DNA of 64,000 nucleotides from assembly GCA_002269645.1 (NCBI GenBank), contig NIVC01001668.1, positions 186,001-250,000 on the forward strand. Reading direction: 5' to 3'. Positions 54,285 to 64,000 of the stretch are shown piece by piece; positions within the stretch are counted from its first letter, which is position 1, and every line of letters starts with the position of its first letter. The translations under genes were made by a program, and so were the position numbers. The notes under the pieces were generated by a model. The model did not search any database and had not been told where the DNA came from. It saw only the letters and a program-made list of their open reading frames with translations. The stretch comes from Macrostomum lignano (lineage: Eukaryota).

Positions 54285-57200
54285 CTAAACTGTGGTTGAA
54301 GCGACTTTCGAATTACTCGACGAGTCGCCGATGCTGTCAACTTGTCTTCCTTGAAGCGACCGCAGCGCGGCCCGGTGCAGCAGGCGGCCCACCAGGTCCA
54401 TCAGCTCGCAGATGGTCAGCACCGAGACGCCGCAGTACAGACCCAGAATGCCGCCCATCTCGGCCAGCAGATTCTCCACCGGATATCCGTCGGCCTGGGC
54501 GCTGCCGGACCCGATCGAGTACTCGGCTTCGACCCGGATCCAGGCCAGGTTGCTGCGGGCCGCCTCTCGCATGGCCAGCGACTGGCCAAAGCGCTGCACC
54601 GAGCTGGGCTGAATCAGCTGCTCACCCTGCAGGTAGGAGTAGTAAAGCATGGTCAGGCCCTGGTCGGGGCTCACCTGCTTCGGGAAGCCAACCAGCGAAG
54701 TGAGCGACTGTAGCGTCGCGTTGTAAGCGGCGTTGGAGGCGTCGGGCCACGGCTGAGTCGTCTGGAAGGTTCAATATCAATAAAAAAATTGATTTTTAAA
54801 ATTAGCATTGTGAGGACCAAAACACCTAAAAATAGAATGGGTGAACCATTGGACAGGTAACTCAGAGAGTGGACTTCAGGAAATGTGACCCCAATCCTGT
54901 ATTTGTCTAGCATAACATTCTAACTAACAAAAAACTTAAAATGCATGTACAAAGGCTGACAAATTAACATGGAATTTTAATTGATCTGCGTTTTATTCTA
55001 TATACATAAATAAACAAGACGCAGCCACAACTGTAACAACTTATGCCATAGACGTTAGGGCATATCGTCGTCCGATTGCGACTGCAACAAACAAGACGTA
55101 AAAATAATGCCTGCTTCATTCGAAATTCCTAAAGGTGGGATGTCCAGCGAAGTTGGCACGATTTAAAAAATCTTCTGTTCTAGTTGTCCACGAGGTTTGC
55201 GAGGCTATGAAGTGTATAATTACATGTGTCATTGCCTACATTGTGTGTACGATTCCCTGTACATGTGCGCGACGCGATCATGGGTCATAGCTACGAGCGT
55301 ACTGTTAATTGTGGCCAAGGTTTTTCAGCAGCACCCAAAAATCAAAAGCGCGTACGAATTGACGTCCTGGTATCGTCATAGTGTATCAAGCCACACAACT
55401 TCACTACCAAGCACTTGAATTATTGTCTTTCGAATTCAATGCCAAGTGTATTGATCCGCTAGTTTGGTGTTAGGCGTCGCACTATTGTCAGCAGCTTCCT
55501 TCGCCCTCGCCCTCGCCCTGGGTTGCTGTCTGCCGCTGGGCAGCCTCCCTCCCCTTTTACTGCCTGTTCTCTGGCGCCCCCCTTCTCTGCGCTCTTGCTT
55601 GCAGCCACGAGCTTCTCTGCTGTGGCCTGCTCTGCGGTTCGTTCCTGTCCTGAGGTCACGCTGGCGGCCTGTTTCCCTTGTCATGTGAGCAAGTCACCTG
55701 ACAAGTCTTGTTTTCTCGAAGTCCTAAAGTCCTCGTTGGCCCGTGTTTACGGGAGGAATCACGTGCTTCGGGGCCTTGCCTTCTCTAAGGTAACAGGTGA
55801 CTCATGTTTCTAAAAATAGATACTGAGTCATGAGGCATTGTGCGCTTTACCCGCAGACCCTGCCTTCTCTAAGGCAGAGAATGACGTCAGTTCTAAAAAT
55901 AGAACAAAGTCACGAGGTCCGGCGCACACTGGTGCAGCGGGGATTCCCTGCCTATAAATACGTGCCCCTCACCCTTGGTTCGGTCAAGGATTCTTGGTCT
56001 TCTTATTGGCTTCTTCTTTCTTCTTCTTGTTGTTATTCTTTAGTCTAGTTTTCCAGACCTCGTTCAGTTGCCCATTTAAACTATCTGTAATTGGCCTGAC
56101 TAAACTTAGACGCCCAAGCCTAAGGGACGCTAACACTGCCTTCCCAGCCACCCCCTGAGCCCGGCGGGATCTGCTGACCAGACGCCTTGTTTATTAATCT
56201 GCAAATCTGCACGCTGTGCTGAGTTCCTTGACTTATTTATTTCGTTCCGACGGGAAGCTCACTTTCCCGAAGGCCGAGACCTGAAGGAACTGGTGGCAGC
56301 ACTACCTACGCTACTAAGAGCTAATAGAAGGCTTCCGGTTGAGAAGACGGAGAGCCCAAATCGCTGTGCTAGACAGCAGGAGAAGCACAAGTACAACATT
56401 GGTGGCAGCGGTGGGATTCAAAGACCTATCAGGCCACCTCGAGACAACCCTAAGTACTTCACAAGCAACATCGAATAGCTCACCAGTTGCACCGAGTAGT
56501 GAGGCTTCCGACAGTTGGGCTTGCACGCAGCCCAATGCTTCTCTATGAGCGTCTCCATCTTTGTAAACAGTTTGACGGCGCAGAACTCGCTCAACTGCAA
56601 CTTTTCAATACCAGCGGGGTCGGAGCTGTTCAGATAGAAGCAGTCTGGGATGTTTCTGTATTTGGTCGGAACTGGCAACAGGTAGGGCAGACAGTCGCAG
56701 TTCCTAATAAATTCGTCGATAACAATGTGGTTGGCGCAAGACTCCTGGTCGCTTACAAACGTCCAGCTATTGTTGAACTCACTGAAATTTTCGTGAGTAA
56801 GTTGGAGTTAAAAGTTTTGCAAAATTGATAAGAATTGTGTTTCAGATTGAGTCTACGGATGGTACGAGTGTTTCTTGTCAGAAGTGTGAGTCTGACTCAC
56901 AAAAAGTAGGAATCTAGTGACGAGAAGTTTTGTTCGTTCCTCGGTCGACGTACAGTCGGGCTCCAGCTGTGGATGCTGTAGTCAATGGTTGACTCAACGG
57001 GGTTGCACAGGCCTCTCGTTGTGTGGTCCGTGTTCTCAACAAATTTAATTTGGACCGTTGACTGGGCCGCAGTGTAGATGATGATGGCATTCGGGGAGCT
57101 TGGATGCTGTCCCGGCGGCATCACGAACAGGCGAAAACCTGCCGGCTCGCTCACGTCTCCGGTGTTGTACGGGCCGCCCATGACTGCTCGGACGGCCGTG

Positions 57201-60200
57201 AAGGTGTCCGGACGCCGGTTGCTCAGGTAGTCGTGATCATCGGCGAACAACTTCAGACTGAGCGGACGCAAGCCGTACTGCATCGGCGTCAGGTCTCGAA
57301 GGAACGGAGCGCTGTTGAACTTGTAGCAGGCGCCGTAGTAGGGATGGTGCAGCGCAGTGAAGTCGGCCGGTGTGCACTTCTTGTCACCGAAGCTGCAGTC
57401 GAGCAGGGTGACGACCAGCTTGGAGAGCACGTGAGGTCCGTACTTCTGGTGCAGCAGGCCTGAGATGCACTTCAGCGAGGTTGCTGAAAGGATGTTTGTA
57501 AATCAGAATGTTGTTTGTAGACATTCTATGCTAATTTCATATTAGGACGTCAGTCTCAGTTTAGTTTAGCGCTGCAAGTTAGGCAAAGTTAGCCGCGGTT
57601 AGTACATAGTGTAGGCAGCGACTACTATCGTGTGTGTTGGGGTAGTTGTTAGCGGCTGCGCCGCGTGACTTTGCAAGCTCTACCTTTGTGCGTACAGTAT
57701 CAAATGTGCATAGTGCGACTTTAGCCACCACCCTGACTTAGCTCAATAAAAATAAATATACTGATCGCTATTATTCTCGCCTGGAAGCTTTCGGCAACTA
57801 TCGACTACAACAAGCAGTCTAGCCTTGTTTCACTCACTACACATAGCTGAATAGGTTGCTTGCGTCATTGCTGTAAGACTATGGGCCGTATGCAGAAAGC
57901 TTAGTCCAGACTAGCTTGCTTCCCCCTCTCTCTCTGCTTCCCCCCTCTCTCTCTGCTTCCCCCTCTCTCTCTGCTTCCCCCCTCTCTCTCTGCTTCCCCC
58001 TCTCTCTCTGCTTCCCCCCTCTCTCTCTGCTTCCCCCCTCTCTCTCTGCTTCCCCCCCTCTCTCTCTCTGCTTCCCCCTCTCTCTCTGCTTCCCTCCTCT
58101 CTCTCTGCTTCCCCCCTCTCTCTCTCTGCTTCCCCCCTCTCTCTCTCTGCTTCCCCCTCTCTCTCTCTGCTTCCCCCTCTCTCTCTCTGCTTCCCCCCTC
58201 TCTCTCTGCTTCCCCCTCTCTCTCTGCTTCCCCCCTCTAGTCCGGACTAAGCTTTCTGCATACGGCCCAATGCGGCAGCTCTGAGCTGCAGAATAAGTCA
58301 TGCAAGCAGTTTACAGCCCAGCGGGTTAGACATATATCTATACAAAGTACGAGTATACATATGCATAATGTATACTCCACTCTCCCCACTTTGCCACGCC
58401 TTACTCACAGCAGTCAGGAACAGCGCAGCCCTCAAGCGTGAGGTTTTTATAATTAGGCTTTTCAACCAGACACCAAGACTCATTTTCAACGTCGCTGTCA
58501 ATGATGAGTTTGTACGAGTAGATGGACTGCCAGCCCAGGCCACTGCTGGGGTCCTTGAACATCACGACTGCGCTCCGACAGCCGCTGCCAACGCTGGCAA
58601 CCGAGTCTGGGTCGGGCAGAAACACGCGATACTCGAAGCTGGAGTTTAGATTTTGAAACTCTGCAGCCAGGCTGCCGTTCGCCAGGGCCTCCCACGATCG
58701 GCAGGATTTTCCAGAGCGCGACGTCTGCTCTGAGCCCATGTAGGTTGTGCTGATTGAGCTGCCGCTGGTGATGCGAGCTGAGCAGTCGGCAAGATTGTTT
58801 TCGGCCTTGCCTGCGGGACGGTTTTACAGTTTACAGCTGTAAAATGGGTGCCAGCATTAGCTGGGGTAATTGAGGGTGCATGTGGCGACCCCCCAGTCCT
58901 TGGACTGAACAGCCGTACGCAGCCTTCAGATGCTGCGGCTGAGCTGTCGGTTGCACATCTGGCCCAATCGGGGCAGGTGTAATCAATTATTTTTTTATTA
59001 TTAGATAAAATACTTTGCCGTCTGCTGTAACGTTTTTTTAATTTGAAAGTTTATTCAAGAATTTATCACAGGGAGCACTATGAAAGTTCCAATTACAATT
59101 TAACAGGAAATGAACTTCACTTTCCACTCCCGCATGGCACTTTGGGTAGGTTCTCGTAAGGGATCCTTGGTCTCGCAGTCCTTGATTGTTTCGCGAGCCA
59201 GTTTATGGTTTTCTACTCTAAACCGTGACATTGTGTACTTTAATTCTGGATTGAAAATTTCTAGGAGCTTTTCAGTTGAGTACCGTTTAAAAGGGTCTGT
59301 GAGAATTTTCCGATGGAGGTTGTCCCGCAGCGAGGTTTTCCAGTCGGAATTTCAAATCACTAGTCTAGTCTATTTCTAATTTAGTATAGTCTAGTCTAGT
59401 ATAGCCTAGTCTAGTCTAGTTCTAGTCTATTTCTATTTTAGTCTAGTCTAATTCTAATCTAGTCTAGTCTAGTCTAGTCTAGTCTAGTATAGCCTAGTAT
59501 AGCCTAGTCTAGTCTAGTTCTAGTCTATTTCTGTTTTAGTCTAGTCTAATTCTAATCTAGTCTAGTCTAGTCTAGTATAGCTTAGTCTAGTCTAGTTCTA
59601 GTCTATTTCTATTTTAGTCTAGTCTAATTCTAATCTAGTCTAGTCTAGTCTAGTCTAGTCTAGTCTAGTATAGTATAGTCTATTCTTATTCTAGTCTGGT
59701 TCTAATCTAGTATAATCTAGTCTAGTAAAGTCTACAGACAGAAGCTCTGTCTGGGTGAAGGCCAGCGACCAACGAAGTCCGAACTGATGCAGACACATGT
59801 GGTCGACGTGCTGATGAAATTTGGAGGCTTGGCAAGGCTGCACTGAGGCGCAGTGCTGATTGGCGCACAGGGTGTATTGAATACACTGGCGCTTATGGGA
59901 AAAATCCGACCTTCTGACAGAATCGTTGAATATCTCGACGGTCCGGAGGGCTGGCGACTTCATTCATGTTTCAGAAGGTGCGCAACAAAAATTCAACCCG
60001 TGTTCTTGAATTTCGAGTGCCTGCTTTACTCCATTCCGGTGCAAAAATACACTGTCAGGAGGAAGCCTCCTTGGTAGTTCTATTGTTAAACAGGATAAAT
60101 TTTCAGCTCAAAAAAGCACGGAGAACTCACTACAGAACGGCACACCGCAGTAGTTGATGTCCAGTCCGGTGTCGCTGCTGCCAGATCTGTGGAAGCAGAA

Positions 60201-61556
60201 CGGACCTTGCACTGCGCTACCAATCGTGTAGTTGCTGTCTAATTTTGGAACTCCTACAAAATTTTTTTAAGCAGAAAGCAATTTTTAGTAATACTTGGGG
60301 CGTCAGTTAAGAATCATGTTTAAGGAGCTGCACTTGCCCAGAACAGTCTTTGTCATCAAAACGTCCAACTTCGAGTTGTACAGGCAGGAAGAGTGATTCA
60401 GGTTGGGCACAAAGTTTCCTATGGTGGATGAGATATTGCTAACGAGCGATCGGGCCTCCGATCAGGTGACGCAGGGCACTCGGACCGGCTGCAGGCTCAG
60501 GTCGTAGGTGAGCGCTGTGGTGTAATTTCCTGTGAACTCTTCGCCTTGCAGAGAGATCCGGCAGCTGTTGAAGAAGTCTGTACTTTTGGGGAAAGCGATT
60601 TTTTGAAAAAAAAAACTCCAAATTTCGTCAATCTAAGTAGCATTTTCACCAACTCTAACTAATCCGAAACTTGACTCAATCCAGTGAAATGGCCATGACC
60701 ATGAGGTCACTGCTATCATCGAAGCTTCAAGTGCTACGTATTCGCACCGAACAGGCTGTTCAACCTGGCAAAAGAAATCCACTTACCTGCATACCTTTAT
60801 ATCTTTCCTGACCAAAGAGAGACTAACGCTTTTTCCGTAGGCCAGATGCTGAGTATCTATGACACCTTGAAGGATCAATTCAACCAATAATGTAATTTTA
60901 ATATTCGACGCACCTTTTGACAGATTGACTCTGCTAGACAGAATCTCCGTCTGCCAGTTAAACCAAGCGGTGTGGATTCCTAGGCTGACAGCTGCCGCAC
61001 TGTTGTTGATGACGTCACTCTGCAGCTTCAAGTTGTAAGCCGTCACGTTGGTCTCGTACAGGTAGGCGTAGTCGGCCGTCTTCTGGATGGACTTGGTGAT
61101 GCGGCTGTAGCCTACAGGATTGGCGCTGCACAGGTAGATATCCGGGTACTGGAATGGAACCTCCGCAATAAGGCTGGTGGACACCGGGTGGCTCTGGAAC
61201 TTGAGGACCAGCGTGGCGGTGTGGTAGCAGAGACCCGCGTAGGCCGCCAGCAGAAACAGCAGCCACAGGCCGCTGCCAGTTCGACCTGAGGAGCCCGCCA
61301 GCCGAGAGAACTCGTGAGCAGTGGTGGAGTCTGCGAAGCTCATCAGCGACATCAAAATCGACTTGTCGCTCTTGTCGTCCTTTTCGTCAGTGTCGCCGAT
61401 GTTGGCTTTTTGAGCTTCCTGCATCTCGGCTGGCTCCGCTGGCCTGACCGATGCTGCTGAGGACTCGCTGGCAGAGTACATTCGCTTGTAGCAACCGGCG
61501 CAGCTGCCAGCCTTTTTAAACTTCTCCTTCATCCAACTGCCGAGACCCGTTGCCAT
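54285..61556 (-). CDS. DEG/ENaC subunit A' (inverted copy of A), 7 exons
   Basis: Exons 60914-61556, 60338-60577, 60131-60253, 58409-58810 (+6 nt), 56901-57483 (-15 nt), 56484-56781, 54285-54761. The frame is intact; the HG motif reads HE. Confidence 0.88.
55447..56461 (+). mobile_element. Solo LTR (Ty3/gypsy-like termini)
   Basis: TG...CA ends, a 4-bp TSD caag (55443-55446 and 56462-56465), and TATAAA at about 55954. The left arm has the empty site (single cttg, 27484-27487). Confidence 0.8.
57882..58269. mobile_element. MITE with about 33-bp TIRs and a (CT)n-GCTTCCCC core
   Basis: tgggccgtatgcagaaagcttagtccagactag ... ctagtccggactaagctttctgcatacggccca; absent from the left arm at about 26035. 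Confidence 0.7.
58835..58980 (+). mobile_element. 3' remnant of the same SINE (head deleted)
   Basis: Only cagctgtaaaatggg...ggggcaggtg remains in the right arm. Confidence 0.65.
59360..59725. repeat. (TCTAG)n array with about 3 higher-order blocks
   Basis: Recurring ttctagtctatttct-ttttagtc-taattctaatc block. Confidence 0.85.
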
Positions 61557-62006
61557 TGGAGATCGCAACAAAGGCCACTATCAATCAATATACTCGTACT
61601 TTTGGGAAGGAAAAAAACAAGAGGTCGAGTTCAGTGATTCTCTTTAGTGTAGCGGAGCTCACAGATACTCAAACAATAGCAGCTTGTGACCGCTGTGTGG
61701 AAAGCAGTATATATATATATATAGATTGTTGGCCATTTTTTATCGGAGGCAAACAACGGTTGAGCCTGGAATAATTAATATCAACCAAGTGACCCTATAG
61801 CCTACAACTGTAGTCAGTTAGTCTCAGATAGATAGCTAGTAGGAGCAATATTGGCTGACGCAATTGCAGCTTTATGGGGAAAACAAAGCAATTTATTTTA
61901 AGATAAACTGGTATGAGCACTGTTTACGATGCTGCTCTACTGAACTCATGCTGCTAATATGGATGATTTGTGGGCCTCCCGCAGGCTTTCCTAAATAGCT
62001 TTAGGA

Positions 62007-64000
62007 CAGAGGTCGGCAAGCTTTTTTATAAAAGGGCCAAATAGAGAACCCAGCGCAGACTTCGGGCCGGAGGAGAGGGAGAGAAGAGAGAAGAGAGAAG
62101 AGAGAAGAGAGAAGAGAGAAGAGAGAAGAGAGAAGAGAGAGAGAAGAGAGAAGAGAGAAGAGAGAAGAGAGAAGAGAGAAGAGAGAAGAGAGAAGAGAGA
62201 AGAGAGAAGAGAGAAGAGAGAAGAGAGAAGAGAGAAGAGAGAAGAGAGAAGAGAGAAGAGAGAAGAGAGAAGAGAGAAGAGAGAAGAGAGAAGAGAGAAG
62301 AGAGAAGAGAGAAGATAGATGAGAGAAGAGAGAAGATAGATGAGAGAAGAGAGAAGAGAGAAGAGAGAAGAGAAAAGAGAAAAGAGAAAAGAGAAAAGAG
62401 AAAAGAGAAAAGAGAAAATAGAAAAGAAAAAAGAGAAGAGAGGAGAGACAGGAGAGAAGAGAGAAGAGAGAAGAGAGAAGAGAGAAGATAGATGAGAGAA
62501 GAGAGAAGAGAGAAGAGAGAAGAGAAAAGAGAAAATAGAAAAGAAAAAAGAGAAGAGAGGAGAGACAGGAGAGAAGAGAGAAGAGAGAAGAGAGAAGAGA
62601 GAAGAGAGAAGAGAGAAGATAGATGAGAGAAGAGAGAAGAGAGAAGAGAGAAGAGAGAAGAGAGAAGAGAGAAGAGAGAAGAGAGAAGAGAGAAGAGAGA
62701 AGAGAGAAGAGAGAAGAGAGAAGACAGAAGAGAGAAGAGAGAAGAGAGAAGAGAGAAGAGAGAAGAGAGAAGAGAGAAGAGAGAAGAGAGAAGAGAGAAG
62801 AGAGAAGAGAGAAGAGAGAAGATAGATGAGAGAAGAGAGAAGAGAGAAGAGAGAAGAGAAAAGAGAAAAGAGAAAAGAGAAAAGAGAAAAGAGAAAATAG
62901 AAAAGAAAAAAGAGAAGAGAGGAGAGACAGGAGAGAAGAGAGAAGAGAGAAGAGAGAAGAGAGAAGAGAGAAGAGAGAAGAGAGAAGATAGATGAGAGAA
63001 GAGAGAAGAGAGAAGAGAGAAGAGAAAAGAGAAAAAGAAAAGAGAAAAGAGAAAAGAGAAAATAGAAAAGAAAAAAGAGAAGAGAGGAGAGACAGGAGAG
63101 AAGAGAGAAGAGAGAAGAGAGAAGAGAGAAGAGAGAAGAGAGAAGAGAGAAGAGAGAAGAGAGAAGAGAGAAGAGAGAAGAGAGAAGAGAGAAGAGAGAA
63201 GAGAGAAGAGAGAAGAGAGAAGAAAGAAGAGAGAAGAGAGAAGAGAGAAGAGAGAAGAGAGAAGAGAGAAGAGAGAAGAGAGAAGAGAGAAGAGAGAAGA
63301 GAGAAGAGAGAAGATAGATGAGAGAAGAGAGAAGATAGATGAGAGAAGAGAGAAGAGAGAAGAGAGAAGAGAAAAGAGAAAAGAGAAAAGAGAAAAGAGA
63401 AAAGAGAAAAGAGAAAATAGAAAAGAAAAAAGAGAAGAGAGAGACAGGAGAGAAGAGAGAAGAGAGAAGAGAGAGAGAGATAGATGAGAGAAGAGAGAAG
63501 AGAGAAGAGAGAAGAGAAAAGAGAAAATAGAAAAGAAAAAAGAGAAGAGAGGAGAGACAGGAGAGAAGAGAGAAGAGAGAAGAGAGAAGAGAGAAGAGAG
63601 AAGAGAGAAGATAGATGAGAGAAGAGAGAAGAGAGAAGAGAGAAGAGAGAAGAGAGAAGAGAGAAGAGAGAAGAGAGAAGAGAGAAGAGAGAAGAGAGAA
63701 GAGAGAAGAGAGAAGAGAGAAGAGAGAAGACAGAAGACAGAAGAGAGAAGAGAGAAGAGAGAAGAGAGAGAGAGAGAGAGAAGAGAGAAGAGAGAAGAGA
63801 GAAGAGAGAAGAGAGAAGAGAGAAGAGAGAGATAGATGAGAGAAGAGAGAAGAGAGAAGAGAGAAGAGAAAAGAGAAAAGAGAAAAGAGAAAAGAGAAAA
63901 GAGAAATAGAAAGAAAAAAGAGAAGAGAGGAGAGACAGGAGAGAAGAGAGAAGAGAGAAGAGAGAAGAGAGAAGAGAGAAGAGAGAAGAGAGAAGATAGA
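62007..64000. repeat. Right-arm copy of the hAT MITE with its core expanded into a >1.9 kb (GAGAA)n array
   Basis: TIR cagaggtcggcaag at 62007, then a pentamer array to the window end with recurring gatagat...gagacag blocks. Confidence 0.8.

Larger units (their letters stand above)
40409..64000. repeat. Right arm of the large inverted duplication (runs off the window)
   Basis: Begins gaataactttgtgattaatgcttggatcc, the reverse complement of about 39388-39416, and continues colinear to the hAT MITE at 62007. Confidence 0.95.

Overview
Eukaryotic (animal) genomic DNA with spliceosomal introns, abundant minisatellites and a 947-N scaffold gap (39462-40408). Its style suggests a free-living flatworm such as Macrostomum, but that is inference only. 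The left third holds a multi-exon PDZRN3/4 (LNX3/4, Slip1)-like two-PDZ gene on the minus strand, apparently without a RING domain, with a different tandem repeat in almost every intron. From about 22 kb to the window end lies a very large inverted duplication centred on the gap. Each arm carries two tandem DEG/ENaC channel paralogs (A and B; A' and B'). The standout feature is that all four have two six-cysteine kringle-like modules inserted into the extracellular finger region, on phase-1-flanked exons. Both B copies carry a Ngaro/DIRS-type tyrosine-recombinase retrotransposon in intron 5, and their last (TM2) exon is not visible before the gap. The arms differ by a solo LTR, a Tc1/IS630-like deletion derivative, a MITE, satellite expansions and several coding changes. 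All calls come from manual reading and motif recognition; no database searches were run, and identity estimates are by eye.
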